A stretch of DNA of 64,000 nucleotides from Eledone cirrhosa (GCA_964016885.1 OZ024742.1:56544001-56608000); one strand, 5' to 3'; numbered from the stretch's first letter, positions 39,482-55,156 are shown. Numbers and translations are program-made. The notes: generated from the letters alone by a model not told the origin.

Positions 39482-42400
39482 ATTGATTATAATACAGCTT
39501 GGTGAAGACGGCATGTGGAATCATTGTCTCTATTTGCCGCTCATATAAACAATTCTGGAAGTATGATGTTGATATAGATTATGAAAGTGATAATGAGGAC
39601 ATAATAAAGTAATTCTGAAAGAATTAATGATAATAGCTTTTCGTTTTTATTCATTATAGGTTTCTTATATTTTAACACAGATCTCACTTTAACGCAGTTG
39701 ATGTTGATGCTGTAGTTGCAGTTGTTGAGAACGACCTATTAATGTTACCTTTATTTTATTTTCATACCTCATATTTAACTTCATGAGAATTGTATTAAGC
39801 CGAATGGAAGTAGCTTATTCGATGGATTTTACCATTGTGGGACAATATGTGCAAATTAATGACACTGAAATCATTAAATAATCCTACAAATTTCCGAGCT
39901 GACAATGAGTAAGTTTGCCACCAATATTCAAAATACTTTAGTTTTGTCTGCAATTCTTAAGTATGGGAAAAGATATATTATTTGAAACTGAATAGAATTA
40001 ACTATATTGATATACTTTCACCACTTTCAGCAAATGATGACAAGATTTTGAAGTGTTGTCCTTACATCATGATTGGGTAATAGAAATAAAATCATCACGC
40101 CAACATAGGTACAACGCTATGAATTAAAAATATATTGCCGTTTTCACTTTCATAAACTATACAAGTATTTCATACTTCACCTGAGTATAGTAGGCATTCA
40201 TGTTTCAGAGGTCGATAAGAAAGTACCAGTCCTGTACTTGGGTCGATTCAACCACAATATTTCTTTCTCACTTCCTCTCTTTCACTTTTTTTCTTACTCT
40301 GAAAGAAATTGACCGTATTCAGATCTGGACAGGAGATGGCCCCTTTTCCAAGTTTAAACAGAATGCCCAAGAAACGCCGTATGTTGTCTCTCAAAGTGAG
40401 AAATATAAGACCACCATTCTATGGAAAAATAAAATATTATCCGTGTTTGTCCTTTTTCTGTAGCACTGCTGACACTAGTGAAATTCGTGAGATACCCTTA
40501 TCATTTCATGTCTTTTATTGTCCACATTTGAACCCTTTGTTTTATACAATTAATGGCATATACCAACATATTGGTTTTCAACTCTTTGGAAAATATCTCG
40601 CTACGTCATTAGTATCTACGATATATTAATGAGATATCACTGATCTTGGTTGGGTAAAAACACTCATTGCTAGTAATGTTTCAAAACAGCTACAATGAAA
40701 GTATGTTTACTAATGTTTCTTACAGAAGTATATGTGACCTAATATTTCAACAATATCAAACATTCGAAAGTTTCTGGAAATTCAAAATCAACCTTAGTAT
40801 GTTAGCAAATGTATAGGCTGTGTTCATATTTTATATCCACAATTCACCTTTCTATTTCCTGCTTAATATCTATATACGTTGATAGTTTATATCGCATGCC
40901 TCTCGCTAAATAAAATAAATCAATAACACAGCTCTATACCAAACATATCTGACACTGAATCTAATTTTTACTTCTAGATACTGAAAGCAGATATTGTTTG
41001 CTCTCTGTGAGCCTACAACTAAGTTTATAATAATGATAGCTTTATTCTTTATTATTTATATATTTATTTAACTAGGTTCATAATAATGTAAGCTAACATA
41101 CCTACACACAGATATATTACAAAACAAAATATAGTCTCAATTGTATATGAGACATGTATCGGGTAAATACAAATTAGATTCACGTTACAATATTTTGTGT
41201 TATTACTTTCAAAGGCTTTTTTGTTATATAGAGTCAAACCAACGGAGTAAAATGCTTAGTACAATACGGTATATTAGAGATGTAATAGTGATTGCCACAA
41301 TCTAATTCACTGTGATCTATTCACTAAACTGCTAGTAATATTCGATTAAAGAACTTCGAAAGCAAATAATACTAACGAAAGGATTTGTAAAGGTAAAATA
41401 TGGAAATAAATGTACGCCGTCAGCAAAAGAAAAAAACAATTACGATAGATAAAAGTGATTCTTTGAACAAGAGCGCATTTCCCATAATTAGGCTGAACGC
41501 TATTAAGATTGAGTTTCTAAAACATATGAGTTTAATCATAGGGAGTTATGCAGCAATGTCAAGTATATATTCTATTAAGCTATCTCTATTCCGGCTCAAT
41601 TTACATACAGAATATTGACAAAAGGTACGTAAGGTTAACGTGTCGTCTGACAAGTCTCGTCACTTTATTTCAGTTTTGGGGAAGACATTTATATTTGTCT
41701 CATTAGCTCATTTTATGCTACTGTCAAAAACATACACGAGGCATTATGTAACAATGTTTATCATATTATTCACACGTTATTCTACAGTCTTGGTTCCCAG
41801 TTTGACTTAGTTATACCACACAGTAACGCCACAAGAGTCAGTTTTATCCAAGGAATATAGTGATTAAACTAAGAAAGATATATATGTTCAACGTAAACTA
41901 CCCTAAACACATGAATAATATACACAGGTTGATATTTCGTTCAGTTTTTCAAATATGCACCAATGTGTTGTGAATAGCAAATTTACCAGCTCTTAGAACA
42001 ATTCGGCTTGTTCAATGATACATTCAGAGAATAAATTGAAATTATATATTTGACAGAAAATATTTGGTGTTCTTCGGTATTTTATTGATTAAGTAATGTA
42101 GATTTAGCATTTCAAACCTGGTACTTAGACTAAAGATCATACGAAAAGTATCCTTTAAGTCGTAGACTGTCAAATTAGATATTTCACCGAGGCTACGTGT
42201 AGAGGATAAAGATTAGACAGAATTATTAGATAATGCGCTCCCTATTATTAAGTATATAGCATTAGTAATGCTGACAGATATCCTCAAATTAGTTAAGTAA
42301 TAAGTGTATTTCTGGTGAAAGTAATTAGTATATAACAGTAGAATTATGTGATTGATATAGATGCCGTTACATGCAAGGTATCAATTATTCAACCTTCTGA

Positions 42401-42734
42401 GAATTATCAAGAAACGTATCCGCTTATCATAAATGCAATTAAGTCTCCTTAGCATCATTTACAATCTTGGATTCATTAGACATCACAAAATCGAATAATT
42501 TCACTAATAATCATCGATAAATATGAATACGTCTAACTTTAATAGCATTATGCATCTTAATTAGTATGTAAATCAATAATTATCAAGATCATAAGAATAT
42601 ACAATTCAAACTTCTAATCTATCTTGAATTGCGATTTCAAAACTGCATAACGATCTGAGTGTTATAAAATACATATACATATTTATGTACATATACATAG
42701 ATAAATATATTCATAGATATACATGCGCACACAG

Positions 42735-42985
<251 letters not shown>

Positions 42986-44072
42986 TGAACATCACATAAC
43001 TTTCAAAAACATCAGGCTGATAGTAAGAATGGGCAAGAGACAGATTTATTAACTCATTGACAGTTGTACGGGGGTGTAGGAAGCTTTTGATTCAAAAGCT
43101 AAAAGAGTGATGCCAATAAGCGGGAAATCTACCAATCAGCTTCTCACACCACCGCCACAATCTATTTAGTTGTTGAAGTGCAATAATATGGTCTTCATCA
43201 AAGTTTTAGAAATTGATGGTTAATATATTACTGGTGGGTGACATAGAAGATCAAGGCGCCGCTAGACTTAGTTTGTATAGATGCTAAAATGAGGGAGAAA
43301 TTAAGAACAAGTATTACTTCCATCTTTAAGAGGTTAATCGAAAGCGTGATAAGTATGTAGTGACAGGCTGTAATGCCTTGCCAGACTGGAGCATGTATTC
43401 TCCTGAATGTGAAATATTTATGTTGATGACAAATGTTTGAATGTTCCTTGTAGTGATGGAAGAGATTATGTCAGAATCCTTCGTCTTGATTGCACTGATG
43501 GATGATACTTCTTTGTGTGCATATGCGATTGTGAGAAGGAAGCTATGTAGAAAGAAAGTTGATGAAGAAGGTTTACTACTGCATATGGTTTGGAAATCTA
43601 GGTGAAAAGGTTATCGTTGATAATGGAGCAATTTGATTGAAGGATTATTGATACGAAAATGTCATTCTGTAAGTTAAGAGTATAATGTGAAAGGGTCAGA
43701 AAGATTTTCAATACTTTAAGGGGGCGGAGATCTTGTTTATTGTGCTGTATAGAAAGACAGGCATTCCTTGTCTAATTGTAGTCTTTTTGTTGTTTATGTG
43801 GTTAGTGGAAGCCTTGCATTTCATAAAAGAGAATGGCTTCAGAAATTTGAAGATATTTTACTTTGCCAGCAATGCTGAAACGCCACTGCGGGTAATCATA
43901 TTTGTAGTTTGAGGGCATGGCATTATTTGTGTGAAGAATATGAATATAGTTTCACAATTATACACACAATTACATGCAGACACACACGAATACCGAAACA
44001 AAAAACATATCTTAATATATATATATATACCTACTCTCTCTCTCTTCCACTCTCTCTCCCTCTCTCTCTCTA

Positions 44073-44207
<135 letters not shown>

Positions 44208-45236
44208 CCTATTTGTATACTTCGTTGAGTGCTCTACTCCGTATACTGTCGTTTGTTTAACTAAAACATATATCAAATATATATATATATATATAAACAT
44301 ACATATATATATACATATGTGTGTGTGTGTGTGTGTATCTATAATATGAGCGTGCATGTATGTTTATATGTATATGTAATACATACACATATATGTATGC
44401 GTGTATGTATGTATGTATATATATATATATATATATGTGTGTGTTATTTCCACATAAGAATATGTAACACATTTATTTGATCAACGTATCATATACATTA
44501 CCGACATTACCGACATTTCAATCTTCTTCATTACTATTCATTCTTTAAGAGGTTACAGTTTTCGTGCGGCTATCTCGTGACCCGAAAACTTTCTTAATTA
44601 GCTCGAAGACGCAACTGACAATTCTATCACCAAAATATAATTGACGTAATTGAAACTTGATTGTTTAAGTAAATAAATGGGTATAAAACATAGATGTTTT
44701 ATAGTTATTGTTACATAGCGAAAGCATAGAATTTAGTCTTTATCCTCCCTTACACTGCATCACGTACCAACGTTATTTCACGTTACTTACACCTGATATG
44801 TTTCATATCATGAATACACTACGGTATCGATTAAAGTTGTTTCCAGAAAATCAATGAAAGCCTATTAACTGTTCATCGGCGTTTCTATACTTTGCTTTCC
44901 CATTCTGTAGATACTAATTATCAAAGTGTGACTATAAGACAGGTAATTAATTATCGTTTTCGTAAACTATTCTGAATGTACTTCTTTAATTTAAAATCTA
45001 TCAAGACTTCGAAATTCGTCCGTTTTTACACAATGAACTCTTAGAACTGTTAGTGATGTTATCTTTTTTCTTTTATTAATATTTTTCCCATCCAATTAAG
45101 ACTACTCTTTTGTATATGGGCAGATGATACATCCATGAGATGGCCAAGGGGATTTTATTTTCGCAGATTCCTATTAAATAATATGGAAATAAAACTTTGC
45201 AGATTCTCTAAATATCTGCAACACATGCTGAGTATA

Positions 45237-45358
45237 CTGGAGCAACGTGAAATGAAGTGTCTTGCTCAAGAACACAACATGCAACCCAGCCAGTAATCGA
45301 ACCTACAACATTATGATTGTAAGTCCAACACTTTTACCACATGACCACGCGCCTCCAC
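45237..45358 (-). mobile_element. tRNA-head SINE 5' part (third family; another copy at 51258-51372)
   Basis: Minus strand TGGAGGCGCGTGG..TGGT (A box)..GGTTCGATT (B box)..TTGAGCAAGACACTTCATTTCACGTTGCTCC. Confidence 0.75.
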
Positions 45359-46309
45359 AACACATACTACAAGGTAAGAATATTATTATTTTCTTATTTG
45401 TCAGAATCTCTTCACTAGCCACATTAAACACATGGAATTATTCGCTAGAGAAACCACATGAATTCTTCTATGAGTTTACTTCAGGCACCCTGTAGCATAT
45501 TATTATTTTTATTTTATGCTATACGATGGTTATCTCACTATCTCACTGAATAATTCTAGCCCGGAAGCTTCGCAATTAGCCTCCAATGAAAGAAAAGGAA
45601 ATGCTTTTTTTCATTCGTCAACTACAACAAAATGATGCAGTTTAAAAATGCATAAACATGTTTTTCTGTGTGCCATCAGCAAATATATTATTTAAAAGGT
45701 TATTTTGTCAGTACGATCGAGTTAGATATTTATTGTGCTGCTTTCTCTGTCAAAGAGAAGCTATTACTTTCTATTTGAGTACATATGAACTTAGTGTGTT
45801 ATATAACGTTGAATTCTCATGAAACATTATTTTCGAGAAGAAAGTTTGTAATTTGCCCGACAACTTCCGTAGCTGATAACTCACTATGAGTCTTCTAACA
45901 AATAATCAAATACTTTACTCATATTATTAAAAAATCCATAGATATCCCAGTATGCATTTGATTAATTAAGAGAGAAAACTATGAGAGAGAGAAATAGACA
46001 TTTACTTCATAGGAGAGAAAGAGAGTAAGCAAGAAAGTTAGTGGAAGTAAGCAAAAGAGAGTGTGATAACCATAAACATTTTCTTCATTGGCGGGAGTGA
46101 GAGTAACCTAGAAAGGTAGTGAGAATAAGCATAGATATTCCTGATCATTTCAAACCAATGATTCAGATCTAGTCTGGTAGAAATCATTTGTATATGAAAT
46201 AATTATGTACTTTCGATCTTAATGTATTGAGAAACTTACTTCACTGTAGCTCCCTTCAGTTCCTCTTCGGAAAACTATTCTTGATTACACACACATAGGT
46301 ATATATATA

Positions 46310-46770
46310 TCACACTTACATCCACACATCCAAACACACACACACTTACATCTACGCATACAAACACACTTTACCTTCCACCGTCCACGGTCGAACTTAA
46401 TTTTCTTGCTTCCTCTCACCCTCTCTCCACCACCCCTTATGCACTACCACGCCCTTGACTTCCCGGTCCCATAAACCCCTCCCACCCCTTCACTCTCATT
46501 TTTTTACAATTCTATTTTTTTATATATTCCGTTTAATTTTGTTTCTATTTATTTTGATTTCATGTTTTATTTTTATTTCTATTTTTCCCGTCCTTTCATG
46601 TTTTTTCCTGCTAACTCCCCTTCCTCACTCCCTCTCGGAGTTCCCCCTACTCTCCTGATGAGGGACTTATATCCGAAACGTCGTAACCTTCCCCCATTCT
46701 CACCAAGCGTGAAGCTAATAACACAATGTACCATTGACTCCTGCGTTTGTTTGTTTGTCATTTAGAACTA
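46310..46770 (+). mobile_element. Pyrimidine-rich solo PLE terminal-repeat-like segment with an HHR core at 46655-46685
   Basis: CTGATGA-G-GGA/cttata/TCC-GAAA-CGTCG-TA; 3' strand of helix I missing; bounded by (TA)n. Confidence 0.6.
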
Positions 46771-46795
46771 TATATATACATATATACATATATAC

Positions 46796-47004
<209 letters not shown>

Positions 47005-48834
47005 GGTTGAATTATGAGTAAAACTGGATAAAAATGTAGAAAACGTTTGTTATCAAATATATGATCTGAATTCATGGCAGTAATTATTCACTTCTGTCTT
47101 CGTTATATGAATGGAAACGTCAGAAAGATGACAATAAAACTTGGTTTGATGTTTGCTTATTTTATTCCGCTGTATTAATTTGTTTATTTGAAAAACCAAT
47201 ATTTCTCTTAAGGATTGAACAAAGCTGTTTACATTTATCATTAAATTCCCTTAAATCTCAATTATTCTATTAATTTAAACTTTATAATGAAAAAGATTTA
47301 TTATATATGTTTATATTATGATACTTATAAAATTAATTGTCTCATATAATGTTATATGAGACAATTAATTTAAGTGACAAATGGTGCAACTTGAGTACAG
47401 TTATACTCGACAGAATGATTCATATGTCAGGTGTAGAACATTCCTTTCCATGGAGCCGGCTCAATGGCTATGACAACAAGCCATATGAAGGCAGGGCTAG
47501 AAACAAGTTACAACACTCTCTCGCTTCGTATGGCAGACTGCAATTCAATATTCAATATTCAACATTAAAAATGAACTGAAATTAAACAATTGCTCAGACA
47601 TAAAGCTACTTCCAAGCCATGAATATTTTGCGATAGATATGAAATGGTCGAGTAGTTAGTTTATTGAGGCGATGATTTCTGGACCAAATGCTCATATCTA
47701 TTGTGCTTTTATCCTTTGTTCCCGGAGGTGGAGGCGGTATTTTCATTTAACTAAAATCAACAATCACCAGATTTCATGGAAAATATACCAGGTAGAGACA
47801 AAGTGGGGGAGAATACTTTCTCGAGCCTTAAACACATATGCTTGATTTCTAAAAAAAACCTCAGGCATTTCTGAAAAATCAATTTTAAACTATTGGAAGA
47901 AATGTGCAATCTAGAATATTATAGATTCCTTTTAAAAACATTTTCAAGGAGTAGTAAATCATAAAAAATAACACGCTGTTTTTGGAAATAATCATTTGTT
48001 AACTGTTCCAAAATAATCTAAAGAGGACGGGTTAAAGATTTATACTGAGGGACATTGCGTAAGTGTAAATGTACAGAAGCTGACATGTTAGGGTGAGTGT
48101 TCAATGGTCGATGGAATGTGTGTGTACCGTTCTGATATACTGTTACAGGTGCAAACTATTCATAACAAATTCGGCGAAGATAGCTGAAGTAAATATGAAT
48201 ATATATAATCCGACTTATTGATAATGTACAGATGTTTTTTTGGAAAACAATGGATGGGTTCTACACAAGCTCATTCCAGATCCAAGACAATTATGACAAT
48301 CGAGAAGGGATTAGAGACAAAGGATAGGAAATAATAAAGTGGTTGTTTTTCATCACAAACGGCGCCAGAATTGATTAAATATTAATCACCAATCGAAGTT
48401 AATGACTGTTTGAATCATGTATAAAGCAGAACGAAAGATTTAACAGTAATCCTCGCTAAATATATGGATAAGTTATCGTTATTTCAAACACATTTATTTA
48501 AATGAATAATTTAAAAGAAGGCAAGAAAACTCTTGCAGCAAAATACCTCGTGGCATCCAGTTATAGCTTAAATAGCCATAACTCGATGCCACAAGGTATT
48601 TTGATCGACGCGTTATCGATTCTGCGAATCAAGCACCCTGATAATGTAATAATAATTGTTTCTACGTTCTGAGTTCAAATCTGGACGGGGTCAACGTTGA
48701 TTTTCATCCTCCCGGGGCCGATTGAATAATGTCCCATTGCTGATTTACTCGACTCTTCCTCCTCCCTATTAAAATAATTAAACAAAAAACAATTTCTGAA
48801 TTTGTGCCTGAATCAGAAACTATAATTATCATTA

Positions 48835-49434
48835 TCTATATATCTAAAACAGAGAATGTCTGTCTGTCTGACTCCCTAACACTCGAGAACCACCGAACCG
48901 ATTGTTTTCAAACTTTACACATGTAATACTTATGGTCATGTGAGTGTTTTGAGCAAACAATATTTCAAATTTTCAATGCCATAGGGACCGCATTAGGCGA
49001 TTTAGCGATCTCTCTCTATAATTCTTAGTCTTTCTTTTTAGATAGATACATAGATATAACGTTGCGCCCTTATAAAATCTGTCTGTATGTCTGGCTGTCT
49101 GCATTACAGCATTATGACATCGCTATATGTGTGGGTGTGTGTATATATGTATATTTACAGTGTGTAACATTTTTCGAAATATTTACTTCTGCCTTCACAG
49201 ATTGATTTTGTTAGTATCAGAAGATCCCGTTAAGGGTGAAAGCAGCGATTATTTGCTTAAACTTTAATCTGTTATTATAATATATATATATATATATAAT
49301 TAAATATGTTTGCATACACAATAAAAAAATATAAACAAACGGATTTATTTCATGATTCTCGATAAGGATAAATATATATCAAATATATAAGAACCCTTGA
49401 GCAAATCCCGAGCAACGCCGGGTCATTCTGCTAG
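48835..49434 (+). mobile_element. 600-bp non-autonomous Helitron with intact termini
   Basis: 5' TC preceded by A; (GTCT)n; 3' hairpin CCCG-AGCAACGC-CGGG then CTAG followed by T; flanks rejoin as ..ATCATTA|TCATTA.. Confidence 0.85.
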
Positions 49435-49647
49435 TCATTACTAACATAATGATTATAACCATACGCATTATGTTGTCATTATCATTATCTTCATCATCAC
49501 TATTGCTGTCGACGTCGACTTCATCATCGTGTTGATAATTCATCATAGTAATGACAACAAATGAATAGAGTTACGATGGTTTTTAACATCTCTAACACGT
49601 TAACAGTTATTAACCAATAAATTCTAGGCACGTGGATAAAGAACACC

Positions 49648-49800
<153 letters not shown>

Positions 49801-49981
49801 TGCGAAATGTGGAGGTAGACAATAGCAATAAAAACGTCACACACAAACACAAACATACTCAAACGCACTCACTGAAACAGACATACAAAGTTTCTCAGAC
49901 AGAAATACACATACACACACAAACACACATACATATATATACATATACACACTGTATATATATATATATATATATATATAT

Positions 49982-50062
<81 letters not shown>

Positions 50063-50880
50063 TATATATATATATACTGTATATATATATATAAATATAT
50101 GTGTGTGTGTGTGTGTATTCATAAACATACACGTATATATTCATACACATACTTAGCTTCCGTTTTTTTAATATTTTATTTATATACTTTTTATATTTTC
50201 TTTTAATTTAATTTTTTTCTTATTTTGTTTGGTCTCGCCATGAAAGGTCAATTTGTAACATTTCATCACGTTCCAACATATATATTATTTGTTGAGAACA
50301 CAAAACCTTATTTGACACTATTTCTATCTCATCTTTCTCTCTCACACTCTCTTCCGCCCTCGCTCTTCTCTTCCTTCCTTCCACGCTCTCTCTCTATCTC
50401 TTCTTCCCTTTGTCTCTCTTCTTTATTCTCATACTCATCTTTCTCTCTTCGTTAACTGTCCTTATCTCACAGTCATCACATTTTCTATCCATTTTACAGC
50501 TTTGATCCACATTTTTCAGAGAAATTTTGTTTTTCTTTCTCTTTCTTTCTATTTCTCTCTTTCTTTCTTATCCCCCCTCTCCCTTTCTATTTCTCTCTCT
50601 TTCACTCCACTCTTTATATATAAATGTATGTGAGTGTGCGTGTGTGTGTGTGTGTGATAGATAGATAGATAAATGGATAGATATATAGATAGATAGAGAG
50701 ATAAATGGATAGATAGATAGATATGCTCACTCTCGCTTTCTCTCTTTCTCTCTTTCTCTTTCATGTTTCCTCTTCTTTTAAACATGTTAATGTCCGCTTA
50801 GTTGTTCTCTATCTCTCATCCTATTCACACTAAGTCCACTTTCATCTGTTCTCTCACCCATTGTAAGTATATACATATAT

Positions 50881-50929
<49 letters not shown>

Positions 50930-50980
50930 TACATACATACATACATATATATACACATACATATACACATATATATATAC

Positions 50981-51151
<171 letters not shown>

Positions 51152-51907
51152 TATAAAAGGATCGTTCGACTTTCGTCAAATCGGACCGAGGAAACAATGT
51201 TTCCATTGGTCTTTCCAGTTGATGATACTATCTATCGGTCGCAACTCCAGATAGAAGGAGCAACGTGAAATAAAGTGTCTTGCTCAAGGACATAACGCAT
51301 CGCTCGGTCCAGGAATCTAACTCACAACCTCAAGATTGTGAAGCCAATTCTCTAACCACTCAGCCACATGCCTATATATATATATATGCATGTGTGTATA
51401 TATACCACTCTCTCTATCTATCTATCTTTCTCCATCTTTCTCCCCATCACCTTCTCTCTCTCTCTCCTTTTCTCCCTCTCCCTCGCTTTCTCTGATGACC
51501 CATAATAGCAATGAGATACAACAAAATGTCAAACATTTCACTGTAACAAAGAATTTGGGAATGAAAGTGTTCAGATAGTATAGGTATGACAGCAACATAA
51601 TAAAATGTAGAACAAAGACCAACTAATGAATTCAAAAGTGCAAATGCTATTATAACACAAATTAGAATATTTCAAGAAAATAATGTTTCTCATTGAATTT
51701 AATTTGCTATTTTGTGAGGAGAGAATAGCAGCACTCAGCTTAATTTCCATGCCTCCCCGGCATTCCAGAGGGAAGGAAGAAGGTATCCTCAAACTAGAAA
51801 TCTTATTCCCCGATAGTGCTGGAGACTTGGCATGGCTACTACAGTCTCCCACAGACTAACTCCTGGGGTTACATCAGGCAAGCAATTACGTCCACACCTC
51901 TAATAGG

Positions 51908-52089
51908 TTTCAAGGTCCAGTTATGCCCATCCCTCCAGATTGTGCATGATGGTGCAGAATAGATGGAAGAGCGATCAAAATCGTGACCAAGTCATCAGGC
52001 GCAGTGACTAGATCAGGGCTTCGATCGTTATCACCTATGCGGCACCACCCTGCACAATCTGGTGAGATGGCCATAACTGGACCTTAAAA
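51908..52089. repeat. ~180-bp imperfect palindrome followed by (GAAA)n
   Basis: AAGGTCCAGTTATG.CCATC..CCAGATTGTGCA.G.TGGTGC pairs with 52042-52085; inner stems GCGATC/GATCGT and AGTCA/TGACT. Confidence 0.8.
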
Positions 52090-52615
52090 GCAAGCAAGAG
52101 AAACGAAAGAAAGAAAGAAAGAAAGAATTTGTGTGGACAACTATATATGTGTCCATGATGTTTCTTTTGTAAAGAAGTTATTTACAAAACATCTTTGAAT
52201 TTCAGCCGACAATTCGTCATGAATTTAACCTATTCTATAAGTTGACACAGTTTGAAAATCCTATGAGCACGGCACGCAAAACAGGCTCCTTGTTAAACAT
52301 TATCTGTTAAGTTCCTTTATTTCCATCCTTCACCTTTCAATGGGCAGTAGCACAGCTAATGATTTCATTATTCAAGAAAGTTTTGTATTCTTTATTTTAT
52401 AACCAACCAGTAACATATGATTATATTCGTACAATAGCGTTGTGATTGTATAGAACTTTCATTAATATATAAAGATTGGCATTAATGCAATACAGTCTGA
52501 CTTTAATGCAAATTCCTCTAGTACACGAAAGAAACTTGTTCCAGTTTTGTTTTGAAGGTAACCAGTTTACTAAATGCTTTCTATGTTTATGTTTCATTCT
52601 TTGTCTATTTCATTC

Positions 52616-52724
<109 letters not shown>

Positions 52725-52738
52725 GGGGTGTGTGTGTG

Positions 52739-52779
<41 letters not shown>

Positions 52780-52783
<4 letters not shown>

Positions 52784-52838
52784 ACGTATGACCCCGACGG
52801 CAGAGCTCAAGCCGTTTCGATGGCTATTTCTGGACTAA
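52780..52838 (+). mobile_element. Left arm of the fold-back element, just upstream of a PLE
   Basis: GACCCCGACGGCAGAGCTCAAGCCGTTTCGA.GGCTATTTCTGGAC. Confidence 0.8.
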
Positions 52839-52994
52839 ATTAGAATGTTTAGCCTGGTGAATAAATAGCCGAACTTTTCAAGGGGGTACTTCCTTATATG
52901 GGAAAATTGTAGTTGTCAAGAGGATTGGTTAAAATTTGTTGTAAACACAAATAAGTCTATCATGGCAATTGGTGGGAGGTAGGGGTGTCTGAAC

Positions 52995-54480
52995 TTGCCT
53001 GTAGAACAATAGTAAGACAGTCATACTTTTCGACAACTCTAAGTGGATAAAGAGAGCTCCCGACTCCCCCTTCGATGTCAGTATGGGCGCGAATGATTCG
53101 GCCGAGGTCACAGATATTATAGGATTATTCCTACTATTTAAACTCACCGAAATGTTTCCTGCTTTTGGCGGTGGATTGTACCGGGATGATGGGCTCCTCA
53201 CCCTCAAAGGGTACAACCCCAGTAGTACAGACAGGGTCCGTAAACAACCAATCAACTTCTTCCGGGACTGGGGATTTAAAATCACCCTACAAAGGTCCCT
53301 AACCCGAGTCAATTATCTGTACTACCCATACGGGAAACCCAACGACAACCTGCACTACATCCACCGCCGCTCTAACCATCCTAGAAACATCACCAATAAC
53401 CTGGTTTAAAATATCTCCCTCCGCATATCTCGTTTGTCCGCTAATGAGCAGATATTCGATGAACACGCGCCTCATTACAACCAGGCCCTCAAGCGGAGTA
53501 GCTTCCGGGAGGAAATTATCCTTTTATCCAGCTTCCCTTAGTGGATCCAGCAGGCGACACCGCCGCTCACGCAACGTAACGTGGTTCAATCTCCCCCATA
53601 ATGCCGTGGTGGCAACACCTATCGGGAAAATCTTCTTTAGACTCCTCGAAAAACACTTCCCACTATAACACCGCTACCACAACATAATCAACAAAAACAC
53701 CATAAACTCTCCTACAACACCACACCTAACTTCGCACAAAACATCGCCTCCTCAAACAACAAAAAGCTCAACCCCTATGGAAGAAATAACTTAGACATCA
53801 GTGGAGAGCCGACCAGGAGGTGTAACTGCCCTGATAGATCTACGTGCCCCCTCAACAACAAATGCCAAGAACGTAACGTGATCTACCAGTGCAACGTGAG
53901 GACGGACACCTCCAACAAAGCTTATATAGGATTAACCGCGTGTGACTTCAAGACCCGGCTCTACCAACACCGGAATACTTTCCGAAACCCGGTCCGGCGA
54001 CATGCCACTACACTTTCGGGCCACATCTGGGACCTCCAAGATAATAATATAACCTACAATCTCACTTGGAGCTTACTGTCCAACGCTAACTCTTACACGG
54101 GAGGACGCTGTCCGTGTAACTTATGCTCGGAGGCAACATTACAAATGCTGTTTTCGAAGGACCAACTCCTAAACAAGAAAGAGGAACTGGTAACCGCATG
54201 CAAACACAGATTGCGTAGGACTTACCTCGCCATTAAACCCCATAACGACCCGAGTGGGTAGACAAGGGCTGATACCCCCTACTTGCCGATTAAGTTAGGG
54301 GAAACCCCAGCTTACTTAGGTAGATGTATCTCTTTTCTTTTCCTCTTTGTCTTCTTCCCCCTGTCTCATCCTATCACTTCCTTCCACCCCTATTTTCTTC
54401 CTCGTCTGCTTTTCCCCTTCGCCTACCCCGATGCAGCCCATCGGACCTCTGTAGCATCAGTTCCCCTACCCCTGTAATTT
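52995..54480 (+). mobile_element. 5'-truncated decayed PLE (Hydra-clade-like): RT palm/thumb, CNC..CPL..C linker, GIY-YIG to 54261, pyrimidine-rich 3'UTR
   Basis: FDVSMGANDSAEV, GLYRDDGL, YIHRRSNHP, RSRNVTWFNLPH, CNCPDRSTCPLNNKC, VIYQC..YIGLT..FKTRLYQH, CNLCSE, LLNKKEELVTACKH. Confidence 0.9.
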
Positions 54481-54644
54481 TAAAATAAAGAGAGGGGAGG
54501 ATAAAGCGGGAATTAGAGATATGAGAATAGAATAAGAACAAAATACCCCTATAATATGCACCTGGAAAATTAAATTCCTAGGTTAGCTCTAAAATGTGCA
54601 CCTCGGTACTAGGGAATCCAGACTAGAAAGTTGGCCGCACCGTA

Positions 54645-54981
54645 TAGAGGTACGGCCCTTGCCATTGAGTTCAAATCCCGCCAAGGTTAACTTTGCCTTT
54701 CATCCTGACAGGGTCGATAAAATAAAGTAGCAGTAATGAACTGGGTAATTGCTGGCCTTGTGCCAAAAGTAGAAACAATTATATGAGATAAATTCAGTTT
54801 AGAAAGCGATAAACTGTTTGACAATTCTTGGTCTCACAACACCAAGAAAATTAAGAAGCGTGCATGTGTATGTATATATATATATAGTAATCATTGCTTT
54901 TACTTTTGGCACAAGGCCAGCAATTATTGCAGTGCATTACTGGTACTTTATTTTATCGAGCCCGTAAGGATGAAAGGCAAA
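54645..54981. mobile_element. Two truncated tRNA/Nin SINEs in tail-to-tail orientation (54645-54782 +, 54890-54981 -)
   Basis: Family consensus. Confidence 0.85.
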
Positions 54982-55092
54982 TAATAAAATCCGAAGAGGA
55001 CTCGATAAGGATTATCGATTTTACTCAGTTTCAGAAGATCCTATAAAAGGGTGAAAGCAGCGATTCTTTGCTTAAACTTTAATCTGTACTTA

Positions 55093-55127
<35 letters not shown>

Positions 55128-55156
55128 TTAATAGAGGTGTAACACACGAGTTGTGA

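Noticed and set aside
43000-43930. Possible minus-strand LINE relic
   Set aside because: Composition is suggestive, but no convincing protein motif was recovered
51205-51255. Weak HHR-like strings here and at about 24930-24990 (-) and 57640-57745 (-)
   Set aside because: Helices are incomplete and could arise by chance
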